From the NCBI GenBank assembly GCA_012862495.1, contig BLSG01000402.1, forward strand, positions 1 through 49,103: DNA of 49,103 nt, written 5' to 3'. The notes below the pieces were generated by a model. That model did not search any database, was not told the DNA's origin, and saw only the letters and a list, made by a program, of their open reading frames with translations. The DNA comes from Thraustochytrium aureum. Its lineage: Eukaryota. A program made the translations under genes and the position numbers. Below, piece after piece: positions 21,239-32,932 of this stretch (within the stretch, counting starts at the first letter, position 1; each line of letters starts with the position of its first letter).

Positions 21239-24200
21239 TTACTCTTCCGCGGCAGCGTCAGCCGCCGCGGCTTCAGCCTCGGCCTGCGCCTTTGCGGCCG
21301 CGTCCCTCTCGCGGCGGACCTGGGCTTCTTCCATCATCAGGAGTGAGCGAAACACAAAGTCAAACCACTGCGCTTTGGAAATGCTGTGGCCCTCGAAAAC
21401 GCCCTCCACAGATTGCTCAATGTTCCACTCGGCAAGCTTGGCCGCGACCTCGTCCAACGCAACCTCAAACTCGCCCGCAGGCTTATCGAACTGGTCCCAG
21501 TACTCTTCGGCCGCCTTGCTCTCGACACGCTTGGGCTCGAATGTGTCAAACACGGCTTGGAGGTCGGCCTCCGGCGAGCCGTCCCCTGGCGTCCAACGGT
21601 CTCGGCGCAGCTGCTCGGCCTCCGCGGCCAACACCTGGGCGATCCGCGCGCGCGCTGCCTCCACAATCTCGTCGGTCGGAGCAGTGGCATCGAGCCGCTC
21701 GTACCGGTCAAGCGACTGGAACAAATCCACAACGCCAGCGTCGGCTGCCGAGATCTGCTCGCCGTCCTGGAGGTGCAAGCACAGCTTGAACGAGCCGATC
21801 TGCTTTTGCGCGGCAAAGAGCTGGTCATGCGCAAAGGGGAAGGCCCCGCCCGTGGCGCTCGGGAACCCTTCAAGCAGGAACCGCGACGCGCCCGTCGCCG
21901 TGAATCGGGAAATCGCGCGCCCCAAAACCTGAACGCTCGCCTCGAGCGGGATAGGGCGCCCGGCGTCGATGGCTTGCGCGATCGTACGGCCTGTGCGAGT
22001 GCCCCTAGCCACTTCGGCGCGAAACTCGTCGCCAGCCCTGATACGGACGAGGCCAAACTCCTGCGCGAGCGCGGCGCACAAGTCTTGGGCAACCTGGCCG
22101 CGCGGTGCCACAAGCGAGTAAAGCTCCACCGCAAACTGCTCCCGGAGGAGCTCAAGGGCAGCCGCGGACTCGTCCTCCGCGGAGGCGCGAACCGCTACAA
22201 CACTCCACGCATTGGGGCAGGCTTCCCGTGCGAGCTCACGCAGCTCGGCCTGCGCACGCTCGACCGCAGCGATCGCACCAGCGCGGGCCTCGTCGTCCTG
22301 GTCGTCCGCGTCGGCAGCAGCTGCGGCGGCGGCGGCGGCAGCAACTGCGGCAGCACTTCGCTCAAGGACGATCACGCGAGTTGCGCAGAGGCCGCGCGAG
22401 AGAAGCTCGCGCTCGCCGTCGCAGTTGATGAGAATCAAGCCCCTGTCCCCGGCCGAGGCCGTGGCTCGCCTGATCATGCTGGCCTTGGCGAACAGCAGGT
22501 CCGCCAGCGCCTGGTCCGCCTCGGGGGTTGGGACCTGCTTGTCGACTGCAGCGGCGCGCAGCACCGCCCGCGCTTCCCAGGTCCCGGCGCATCGCGGGAG
22601 CGCCGCCAAGGCGGCGCCAAAGTCGAGGACGCGGAACCCTTGCTCGCCGGCCAGGGTCTCGAGCACGGCCTTGTCGCCAGCCTGAGCGCCGAGGCACACG
22701 ACGAGCTCGCTCCGGAGAGCGTCCACTTCGGCCTTGCCGACACGCAAAAGACCCTCAAGGCCCATGTGGTACTGCACGCGGCTCGTGGGGTCGCGGCTTG
22801 CTCAAGGAGCGTTGCGCGAGGCCGAGCTCCCAGCGTCTCGATGAGCTGGTGCGCCTCGTCGTGGTCGCCGGGAAGGCCGTGGACCAAGAACGGCTCTGGC
22901 CCTGGGACAAAGTACTGCGCCTCGCTGATCGACACCTGCACAGTCTCTGGCGAAGTGGCCGCCGCCTCGCTGAACACGTAGCACGGTTCGAGGCGGATCT
23001 GGCTCTGCGCAATCGTCTGGTCCACGCTGAGCCCGACCGCCTCGACAACGCCAAGCCGGCCCACAGACGCGAGATAGTCTGCCAGTGCGCTTCGCGGCTC
23101 GCTCGCGCTCGCACACAAATGCACCGCTCGCCGGATGGGGCCCACAGCGGACTCGAGCTTCGCGCACTCGTCAGGCGTCGACGGAAACATGACCAGGACA
23201 AAGCTCCTCCCACCGACGGCCTCGATGCGGCGCTCGATCAGCTCTATGACGACCTCCGTGGGAACCTTTTGTCCGCGGCTCTTGATTTCGCGGATGCGCT
23301 GGCCAAGCGGGCTGCCAGTGCGCGCTTCGAGCTCAACGAGAGCCGGGCCGTCCAAAACCATGTGCGTCTTGCGCGCCTCGAGCTGCGCGGCCACAGCGCA
23401 GGCGTGCTTGGCGTCCTGGCCAAGGAGCAGGACAAGCTCCGGCTCAAAGTGCTCGAGGACGCGCTGGAAGATCTGCTCGGGGGTGGCGTCACTGGAGCTT
23501 GCGTGCACAGTGCGGAGTTTGCCGCGCTGCTCAAAGTGCTTAATAACGGGGAGAGAGCGCTCCTGGAACGTCGCGAGGCGCTTGGTCACGATCTCCTCCT
23601 CGTCGTCGGCGCGCATTCGCTTGGCGAGTCGCTCGCGCGCGACCTCAAAGTCGACGGAGAGGTTGAGGACGAAGGTCGGCTGGCCCACGACGGACTCGAA
23701 TGTGCCGACCTGATCCATGTCGCGCGGAAAGCCGTCCACGAGGACGCACTCGGCCGAGCTCTTGCGGATCGCCTTGTTAAGAAGCCGCACAGTGGTGTCC
23801 GTGTCCACGAGACCGCCAGCCTGCATTTGCTTCATGATCTCGAGGCCCTCCTCGGACTTGAGCTCCACCTCCTGCCGAAGCAAGTCCCCAGTAGAGATGT
23901 GGTCGTACCCAAAGCGCGCAGCGAGCCGCATGCACTGTGTGCCCTTGCCGCTCCCAGGTGCGCCTAGAACAAAGACGATGCGCTTGCTGGGCTGCGTGGC
24001 GCTGCTGCTGCGCCTCGGCAAGACCGCGGCCGTGCTCGCCGGCGCGGCAGGCGGGATCGCGCCGGCCCGAGCAGGCCGCTTGCGCGTCGCGAGCCACTCG
24101 CGGCCGCGCTCTGCCGCCTCGCGGTCCGGGTTGTTCGTCAGGAGCCACTCGCCAAGCTGGCGCACGGCGTCGAGGCCCGCGGGCTTGACCTTGCAAAGCT

Positions 24201-25324
24201 CACTGAGCCCCGACACCACGACGGACTGGACGAGCTGCGCTTCCGAGCCCTCCGACCCGCGCGTTTCGGCCTTGCGGATGAACGACTTGGCGGAGGAGGC
24301 GTCCAGCTCGGCGGCGCGGTCCAGGCCCGGGAAAAGCCAGGCAAAGTCGGGTGAGGCGTACAGGTCGAGTGCCGGGTACTGGCTCACCATGAGGTGGCAC
24401 GTCTCCTCGGCGCCGGCCTTGGCGATGACAAGCGCGAATGCTGTTTCGCATCTCCGGCTGATCGCCACGATGTCCTTCGAGTAGATCTGCCGCTTAGCCA
24501 GCACCGCGAATCCGTACTTGGTGACAAGCTGCTCGACCCCTCGAGCCTGAGCGAGGTCGAACGCGACCAGGAGCATGCGCTGGATGGGCAGAGCCTTGAA
24601 CCAGTGCTGGACCGCGGCGTCGGCTGCCTCCGAGCTCGGGCTCGTGTATACGATGGCGCCGTCGGCGTCACCGAGGCGGTAGGCGGCGCTCACGGCGCCG
24701 CGCCCCTCAACGACGAGGACAACCGGGCTCTCGGTGGCTGCGAGCGTCGGGTATGCCACGGAGGCTTCCTCGCCGGAGACCTCGCGCTGGGCGACTATGC
24801 AGAGCCCGGCGGCAGCCAGCTCCCCCGTCACTTGTGCGAGGACCGCCTGCTCAGCAGCGACCACAACAGAGCGCTCCCATTTCTCAGTTGTGTTCGGGAA
24901 GAAGAACTCGAGCTCACGGGCCGCAGCGAGCTCCGAGGTGGAGCCTCGCGCGCCAGACCGCACGCCCGTGGCCCCAAACGCGCCGTGCAGGCTCCACCGC
25001 TCGATCTCCCTCCCGAACGCCTCCCGATCGAGCTCGCGCGCCTCCTCCGGGTCGGTGGGGCCGAGCAGGGCGAGCAGGTCGTCGACCGCTTGGGCCTTGC
25101 GCAGGCGGAGCGCGACTACGGGACCGCTAGTCAAGTAGTCCACGACGTCCTCCGAAGCGGCAGCCCCGCCCGCAGCGAGGTACCTCGCCGCCTGCGCGCG
25201 AGTGAGCACGCAGCGCTCTTGGCGGACGACCTCAAACCCTGCGCCTTCGATGCGCGCCACCATCTCGCGCGCCTTGTCCTTGGACATCACCTTGGTAACC
25301 TCCTGGGCGATCTCCTCGCCGCTT
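21239..25324 (-). CDS. Multidomain NDK-like + Dpy-30 + adenylate/UMP-CMP kinase protein with additional degenerate AK repeats (5' end in gap; frame break near 22788)
   Basis: NDK fold: IEGAGFEVV..YLTSGPVVAL..LLGPTDP..AARELEFFF; Dpy-30: GLSELCKVKP..AVRQLGEWLLTNNP; AK: IVFVLGAPGSGKGTQC..HISTGDLLRQEV..LVDGFPR; later partial AK repeats (GDEFRAEV..FLLEGFP). Confidence 0.85.
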
Positions 25325-26323
25325 NNNNNNNNNNNNNNNNNNNNNNNNNNNNNNNNNNNNNNNNNNNNNNNNNNNNNNNNNNNNNNNNNNNNNNNNNNNN
25401 NNNNNNNNNNNNNNNNNNNNNNNNNNNNNNNNNNNNNNNNNNNNNNNNNNNNNNNNNNNNNNNNNNNNNNNNNNNNNNNNNNNNNNNNNNNNNNNNNNNN
25501 NNNNNNNNNNNNNNNNNNNNNNNNNNNNNNNNNNNNNNNNNNNNNNNNNNNNNNNNNNNNNNNNNNNNNNNNNNNNNNNNNNNNNNNNNNNNNNNNNNNN
25601 NNNNNNNNNNNNNNNNNNNNNNNNNNNNNNNNNNNNNNNNNNNNNNNNNNNNNNNNNNNNNNNNNNNNNNNNNNNNNNNNNNNNNNNNNNNNNNNNNNNN
25701 NNNNNNNNNNNNNNNNNNNNNNNNNNNNNNNNNNNNNNNNNNNNNNNNNNNNNNNNNNNNNNNNNNNNNNNNNNNNNNNNNNNNNNNNNNNNNNNNNNNN
25801 NNNNNNNNNNNNNNNNNNNNNNNNNNNNNNNNNNNNNNNNNNNNNNNNNNNNNNNNNNNNNNNNNNNNNNNNNNNNNNNNNNNNNNNNNNNNNNNNNNNN
25901 NNNNNNNNNNNNNNNNNNNNNNNNNNNNNNNNNNNNNNNNNNNNNNNNNNNNNNNNNNNNNNNNNNNNNNNNNNNNNNNNNNNNNNNNNNNNNNNNNNNN
26001 NNNNNNNNNNNNNNNNNNNNNNNNNNNNNNNNNNNNNNNNNNNNNNNNNNNNNNNNNNNNNNNNNNNNNNNNNNNNNNNNNNNNNNNNNNNNNNNNNNNN
26101 NNNNNNNNNNNNNNNNNNNNNNNNNNNNNNNNNNNNNNNNNNNNNNNNNNNNNNNNNNNNNNNNNNNNNNNNNNNNNNNNNNNNNNNNNNNNNNNNNNNN
26201 NNNNNNNNNNNNNNNNAGCAGCAGCAGCAGCAGCAGCAGTCGAAGCGCGAGCGGTGGCGACGGCGTGGGTGTTTTTGCGTAGGCGAGAGCGAGCGCGAGA
26301 GGGTGAGGATTTTTGCAGCGAAG

Positions 26324-26650
26324 ATGCTTCGGGCCGTGAGCATGCTGGGCGGGCGCGCGGCGCGCGTGCAGGGCGCTGGACTGGCGGCGCGCACGCACCG
26401 TGCTGGCGCGGCGCAGCAGGCGAGGACCTTTGCGTCGACCAGCTCGGTGTACAACACGGTGTTGAGCTCCAACGCGCGGTATGTGTTGTTTATTGTGGCG
26501 GGGGCTGCTGTGGGCGAGGTCATGTTTGGTGCTATCGGCGACACCGTGTGGCGCTTGAACAACCGCGGCAAGCTGTACGAGGACATTGACTGGAGCAAGT
26601 GGGAGTCGCTCTACGTGGCTGAGGAGGAGGAGGCGGAGGACGACGAGTAG
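26324..26650 (+). CDS. QCR9: Cytochrome bc1 complex subunit 9 (QCR9/UQCR10)
   Basis: VYNTVL..YVLFIVAGA..E..GDTVWRLNNRGKLYEDI matches the QCR9 core; single TM. Confidence 0.85.
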   Translation: MLRAVSMLGGRAARVQGAGLAARTHRAGAAQQARTFASTSSVYNTVLSSNARYVLFIVAGAAVGEVMFGAIGDTVWRLNNRGKLYEDIDWSKWESLYVAEEEEAEDDE

Positions 26651-27165
26651 TCGTCGTGGCTGGCGCGTAGACGCCCGCTCTGAACTCTCTCACACCCTGC
26701 TCGCCATTCCATCGCTTTGGGCCACGTTAACCGGAGCGGCGGGGAGCGCAGTCTCGCACCATCGACTGCCTGCCCTCCAGCTGGCGATTCCAACGAGTTC
26801 GTCGCACGTCGCTGCCTGCAGAGTCTGTCTCCTTCGCCCGGCGAAGATGCTGTGAACAGAGCTCTTTGGCTGGCTAGCTGGCAGCTGCGCTTCAACGGAC
26901 TCTAGCACTCCATCGTCGCGATCCATCGTCGTGATTCAGCTCCGCTTCGTGAATGGGCCCTGCAACACTGCACACAACAAAAAGGAGACCCTTTTTTTCT
27001 CTCTCCACACTTGCTCCTTCAACCAAAAACAACGGGGTTGTGCCAACAGCGACACGGTTTTGCGCGCCCTGCGCCTGCTGCGCCATGCTGTCAAACGGCC
27101 TCCTGCGAATTGGCCCTGCTCGCTGAGCCCTGCTGTCGATGAGCTGCGTTGGCAGACGAGGTGGG

Positions 27166-27936
27166 TCACACGGCGTCGAAATAGTCGCGCACGAGGCAAA
27201 GCAACACGTCGGCCGCCTCCACGGGAACCAGCCCAGTGCCCCGCCGCAGAAGAAGCGCGCGAAAGAGCGACCGAAGGTGCGACTCCATGCCTGCACCAAG
27301 GGGCCGCTCCAAGCGCGCCAAGAGCGCGTACATCCACGAGCAGGCCTCCGTGCTGAGCGGCGCCTGCTGGCCCCCTTGGTCGCTGTCTAGTGCGTAAATT
27401 GCGTCCTTGAGTACCTTGCAGCACATCTCCGAGTCAACCTGCAACAACACGCCGGCAAGTGGCGGAACTGCCTCGCGCAAGGCAGCCCAGGCCGCCGCGT
27501 CGTTCCGCTTGGGGATTTCAGCGGCACCAGCCGCGTCCTCTCTTGGCAGCTTCAGCACCCACTGGCGTGCCGCGACGCGGTCCTCCCACCGTTCGAGAAA
27601 CCTCCGCGTCTCCACAAACTCGGCAACAACTCGGGCTTCCCAGGCTGCGGACGGCGCGTCAGGACCCTCTGCCGCCTCGATCCTCGTTGGCGCCAACAGC
27701 GCCTGCAGCGGCCTTCCCGCGACCTTCTCTCGGAACGCTCTCGCCAGCACCTCGTCCGCCTCGTGCACGTCCGGCATATCTCGCGCCTCGAGTCTGGTTC
27801 GCGCGAGGTGCTCGGCGGCGTCCTCCGAGGCCATTCCGGCGCGCATGCGCTCCCTGAGTTGACCATCGCTCCAGCGGCAGGCTCCCACCGGGAGCGCCTG
27901 CGACACGCCTGCCGCGCTCTCCTCGCCGCGTACCAT
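27166..27936 (-). CDS. GEMIN2: Gemin2 (SMN-interacting protein 1)
   Basis: AAEHLARTRLEARDMPDV, PSAAWEARVVAEF, PKRNDAAAW, SWMYALLARLERPL..HLRSLFR, LCLVRDYF. Confidence 0.85.
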   Translation of the reverse strand: MVRGEESAAGVSQALPVGACRWSDGQLRERMRAGMASEDAAEHLARTRLEARDMPDVHEADEVLARAFREKVAGRPLQALLAPTRIEAAEGPDAPSAAWEARVVAEFVETRRFLERWEDRVAARQWVLKLPREDAAGAAEIPKRNDAAAWAALREAVPPLAGVLLQVDSEMCCKVLKDAIYALDSDQGGQQAPLSTEACSWMYALLARLERPLGAGMESHLRSLFRALLLRRGTGLVPVEAADVLLCLVRDYFDAV

Positions 27937-28240
27937 CCTCCGCCGCGCTCACTCCCTCACCCACTCCCCCACGCACGCACTCACGCACGCACGCACTCCC
28001 ACGCGCCCATCGCCTTCTGCGCTGCCGCTCTCCATCTCGCGTCCGACCTGCCCTGCTCATGCCAAAACCGGGCACCTTTTGCGGTCCAAAGGGACGCTAG
28101 TGAAGGCAATGCGTAACGCCTTTCATTGGCTCGTGGCCTGCCTGCTCGATGCGAACGGTAGAAAGTGGCGACCTAACCTAACCTGACCTGACCCAGCGGA
28201 ACCCTTTCGGTCCGATCTGGGTCTGCATTCTGCACTGCTA

Positions 28241-28372
28241 CAATCGATTGCACGGCGAGACGTAATCGATTACGCGACGAACCTCGAGGCTCGCCCTGTT
28301 CCTCCTCGGCGCGCCTCGCAAATCGATTTACAGGGCGTGTTCAGTTGCTGGTGCGTGGAGGAATAATCGATT
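28241..28372. promoter_or_regulatory. Cluster of four AATCGATT palindromes in the divergent Gemin2/Sas10 intergenic region
   Basis: AATCGATT at 28242, 28264, 28321 and 28365; regulatory function inferred. Confidence 0.55.
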
Positions 28373-28619
28373 GTTCCTCGGAGGCGCGGAACGCAATCGG
28401 TAGGAAGCCAGGGGACAGAAGGGCAGCAGGTGGCAGAGCAGCAGGGCGAGTGCGTTGGGGCTGCGCGCGCGGTGTCGAGTGCCTCGCAAGGCCTTCGCTC
28501 TGGCAGGCAGTTTGCGGCAGGTTGGGCTGCGATAGGGCCTCGCAGGGCGCGCTCCTGGTCTTTTTTTTCTTCGCGGTGTTGCTGGTGTTGGTTTGGCCGT
28601 TCGTTGGCGGACGTCCAGG

Positions 28620-30783
28620 ATGGCGCGGGGCAGCGCGCGGAAGCGACGCGGGAGGCCCTCGCAGGAGATGGAGGTCTCGGACGATGAGGTTGACAAGCAC
28701 GATGCGATGCGCCTGGACGGCGGCGACAGCAGCGAGGNNNNNNNNNNNNNNNNNNNNNNNNNNNNNNNNNNNNNNNNNNNNNNNNNNNNNNNNNNNNNNN
28801 NNNNNNNNNNNNNNNNNNNNNNNNNNNNNNNNNNNNNNNNNNNNNNNNNNNNNNNNNNNNNNNNNNNNNNNNNNNNNNNNNNNNNNNNNNNNNNNNNNNN
28901 NNNNNNNNNNNNNNNNNNNNNNNNNNNNNNNNNNNNNNNNNNNNNNNNNNNNNNNNNNNNNNNNNNNNNNNNNNNNNNNNNNNNNNNNNNNGTCAGCTTA
29001 CTTCAAAGAAGGCGAAGGGAGCGGCAGCGAGGCCGAGGGCGGCGAAGAAGACCTGGACGAGGAGGACGAGGTCAAGGAGGCCAGACGCATGAAGAAACAG
29101 CTCATGACAAAGTTGCGCAAATCCGACCTGCTCGACCTGGGCTCGGACGACGAGAGCGGCGAGGACGGCCCCGCTCTTCGAAAGCAAACGAAGAAGCAGG
29201 CCAAGGGGAGCGCACGGCCAGCAGGCTCGCGCGGCCCCAAGGCTGGCTCAAATGAAGACCTGGAACGTGTTGCTGCGGCCGCACCAGAATTGCTGGGGCT
29301 GCTCAGCGAGTTCAAGAGCGGGCTGCGCACCTTGGAGGAGCACGTTGTGCCTGTTTTGGACAAGGTTAGGGAGGGCAAGGCCCCGACGCAGCACGGCGTC
29401 AGCTACCTCGAGGCAAAGTACCAGGCCATGCTGACATACTGCATCAACATCGCGTTCTACCTCTACCTGAAGGCCCAGGGCGAGTCGGTCCGCGAGCACC
29501 CGGTTATCGCCGAGCTGGTTCGCGTGCGCACCGTCCTCGAGCGGCTCAAGCCGCTCGATGCCAAGCTCAAGAACCAGATGGATGAGCTTTTGGCCGCCTC
29601 GGCAGAGCCGCGGGGCAACAAGGCCGCCGGCAAGGCGCGCCCTAACCTGGAGGATCTCTTGGACGACGACGAGGAGGAGGAGGACGAGGAGGAGCAGAGC
29701 AGCGATGAGGAAGGCGAGGCGCCCTCGAAAGCCAAGCGCGATCGCGCGCGCCGCGCCAAGGCAGCCACGGCCGGCGCGTCCACGTACCAGGCCCCGCGCG
29801 AGATGCTGGCGGCCAGCTCGTTCGCCGAAGACGAGCGCGAAGAGGACCGGTTCCGCAAGCGGCAGGCCAAGCTGCGCAGCAAGATGAAAAACAGCACGCT
29901 CCTCAAGGAGCTGACCAGCGAGTTCTCGGACCGCCCCATCGAGGAGCCCTCCATCGGGGCCACCATGGAGGACGCCAAGAACCGCAAGGTCGCTGCCGAA
30001 AGGGCCCGCTACGAAGAGGAGAACTTTGTCCGCCTGCGCGAGTCGAAGAAAGAGCGCGCCGAGCGCCGCCAGCGCGAGAACGACGCGCAGCTCGGGCTCA
30101 GCCGCAGCCTCGAGGAGCTCGAAGACTTTGGCGACCTCGAAGGCATCGTGCAGCGCGTCGACCGCGACGCGTCCTTTCGCGTCGACGACAAGGCGCGCCG
30201 CCAGCAAGAGCTGGAACGTTTCATGTCCAAGGTTCAGCAGCAGTCGGACGCTCGCCCTGCCAAGAAGGCGAGCGGGGACGAGGACCTGCGCGTGCGGGAC
30301 TCGTCGGCCATGCCGCGCTCGACCGGTGGCTCGAGCCGTTTCGACAGCCAAGCGGAGGAGCAGCGAAAGGAGGCGCGCAAAACCAAGCTCAAGCGCAAAG
30401 TCGAGGAGAACACCAAGGTGGACCTCGGCGAGGAGGACGAGTTTTACCGCGAGGCCGACCTCGCCGCGTCCACCAAGAAGCGCACGCGCAAGGAAAAGTA
30501 CACGGTGCCCGACCTCGAGCAGAAGGCCCCGTCCGCGTTCGTGGGCGAAGGCGACAAGCGCCGTGCCAGCTATCAGATCCTGAAAAACAAGGGCTTGCAC
30601 GCGCACAAGAAGAAGGAGGACCGCAACCCGCGGATGCGCCGCCGCAAGCAGTACGACAAGAAGATGAAGGCGCGCCAGGGCCAGGTTGTCTCGATGCGCT
30701 CGCACGAGGGGGATTCGTACGGTGGCGAGTCGTCTGGCCTCCGCACCAACCTTGTGGCCTCGCGCAGGCCGGGCAAGTCGTAG
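28620..30783 (+). CDS. UTP3: Sas10/Utp3 SSU processome subunit (interrupted by gap)
   Basis: APELLGLL..GVSYLEAKYQAMLTYCINIAFYLYLKA..HPVIAEL..LKPLD (C1D/Sas10 domain); C-terminal KRRASYQILKNKGL..KKEDRNPR..YGGESSGLRTNLV. Confidence 0.93.
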
Positions 30784-31140
30784 GCTATAGATGTAGAGGC
30801 AGGGGAAGAAAACTTGCGAGCTTGTTGGCTTTTGGTTTGATGCTACTTGCGCCTTCCAGTTGAGGCCACACCTCAGCTTCGAGTTGAGCGGGTGGGCGAG
30901 GCGTTCCCCGACCGAAACGTTGTGCTTTTGCGCGCTGCGAGTTTCTTGAGGACCACCCCGCACGAGCTCGTCGCTCAGAAAAGAAAAAAAGCAAGCTCCA
31001 GGCCCGCCCGCTGCCACTCTTACGTACGTCTGGAGATTTGATGGAGACCTGATGAACTCCGAGCCGAGCGCGCAGCGCAGGGTCACAAGAGAAGGGTCAA
31101 GTCATCAAAAAGAAAAGGAAATCAAAAAGAAAAAGAAAAT

Positions 31141-31219
31141 TGACCAGAGGGGGATTCGAACCCCCGAGCTTTCGCACTGGAGCCTAAATCCAGCCCCTTA
31201 ACCGCTCGGGCATCTGGCC
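31141..31219 (-). tRNA. trnL-UAG: tRNA-Leu (anticodon UAG)
   Basis: GGCCAGA/TCTGGTC acceptor stem, anticodon arm CTGGA-TTTAGGC-TCCAG, long variable arm, GGTTCGAATCC T-arm, followed by T-runs typical of a Pol III terminator. Confidence 0.96.
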
Positions 31220-31350
31220 GCACGATGGCGTCGTATCGCGAAGACTGTGGTCCAAGCTGCACCACTTGGATCAAGGCCCGAGGCGCGAAAAAGTACAATA
31301 ATGATTGAACAAAATGAACCTGCTTTTCTTGCGTTTCTTGCGACAAACCA

Positions 31351-31870
31351 CTAATGCCCCATCAGCGTCTCGATTGCGGCGCTGAAGGCGGCAAAGCCAG
31401 CGCAACCAGCGCACGCGGCGTACGGCCCCTGGCTCGCGGCCAGCGCCCCGCCCGTGAGGCAGCCTGCCACGACGCCATTTGTGATGTCATGCTGGGCCCG
31501 GTATTTCTCCACGCAGCACTCCACACCGGAGAAGATGACAGTCACGAACGCAAAGTTCTTGCCCATGCGCCGCGAGCGGCGCGCAGTGCTCAGCCAGCTC
31601 TCCCGCAGCTGCCACTTCATCGGGACGCTCGGTGGGTCCGGCACGCCGGGCAGTGTCACCGGAGGCGCAATTGAGCCGTACCCGCCGAAAACCATCCCGA
31701 TCAGCGCCCCCATGCCGCCTCCCATCAACCCCCCGAGAACCGCCTTGACCGCGCAGGACTCCATCGGGTCGCGAGAGTCTGCGGGCCTGAAGAGGTCCCA
31801 GCCCAGCCCAGGCCGCATAATCATGGACGGCACTTGCCCTTGCGCCGCTTGCCCGCCGTCCAGCCCCATC
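31351..31870 (-). CDS. TIM22: Mitochondrial inner-membrane translocase Tim22
   Basis: MESCAVKAVLGGLMGGGMGALIG..GKNFAFVTVIFSGVECCVEKYRAQHDITNGVVAGCLTGGALA..GCAGFAAFSAAIE; start may extend to 31943. Confidence 0.9.
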
Positions 31871-31874
31871 ACCC

Positions 31875-31888
31875 CTGCTGCTGCGCTG

Positions 31889-31920
<32 letters not shown>

Positions 31921-31939
31921 GCTGCCTGTTGCTGCTGCA
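31875..31939. repeat. Interrupted (CTG/CAG)n trinucleotide repeat
   Basis: Directly visible. Confidence 0.85.
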
Positions 31940-32932
31940 TCATCGGTCCACCGCGCCGCGCCGCCAGCTGGTCCGGCACGAGAATCTCGTCCGTCGCTTC
32001 TCCCGCGCAAATCGCCGCAGGGCCAGCCGTCACGGGCTCGAACGCAGAGAGCCAGGGTCGGGCCAGCCAGGCCAATTCTCCCGCCTGCCTGCTTGCGCTA
32101 CTGCCTGCGCTACTGCCTGCCTGCCTGCCTGCCTGCCTGCGCCCTGGCTCCTCTTCGCGTCGAGGAGGCGAATGGGTATGCTCAACTCTCGTCCTGTCCT
32201 TTTCCTTCATCATGATGACATCGAGTGCAAACCAGAACAGAAGGACTCAGGAGCTCAACGATCAGAACGGACGACAAGGTTTGCTCTTGGAAGAATTGGC
32301 AGGCAGGCGCCGATGTTGACCTACGATGTTCGTTGGACGTGGACGATCGCCGCGCGGATGGGGCCGTCGAGGCGCTGCTCGCTTTGGTCGAATTGGACGA
32401 GGAGTTGGATGGATGGACCGGTGGAAGACGTCGGCCGTCGCGGACTGGCTGAATGCGCCACGACCATCGACGTGGACGGGACGTGCGCCGGCGCGGATTC
32501 GAGGCAAGGTTGGTTTGTGGCTGTGCAAGTCCAGGTTTTGTTGGCTTCGGTCTGATGATTCGCGCGCGCACCTGTTGCCTTCGGCGCGTTGGAGAAACCG
32601 ACGGACGGACGGACGGTCGGTCGGTCGGTCGGCGGTTTTCGCTCAAGTCAGCGCCGGCAGCGACGAGGAACGCCTCTGTCGAATCACAAGGGGCCCAGCA
32701 CTTGGTCTCCTTGCTCGGCTGGTGGCATGATTGCCTGGTGAAGTCGGGAGACGCTGGAACCTAGATGCGAGAGCGACGCGTACAAACAAGCTCGACTCGT
32801 TTTCAATCGAAAGATCGAGTATCCTAATTGCTGCCAACTTCTCAGCAGAGTCCCATCGCTCAAGTCGTGGGGGCGCGCCTTCCGTTTCTTTTCAAAATTA
32901 AGCGGGGCGTAGTCGACATCGAGTAGGGCTGC

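Noticed and set aside
22474..26598. 1374-aa ORF as one protein starting at 26598
   Set aside because: Its N-terminus is the antisense of QCR9 plus gap; the real start is in the gap
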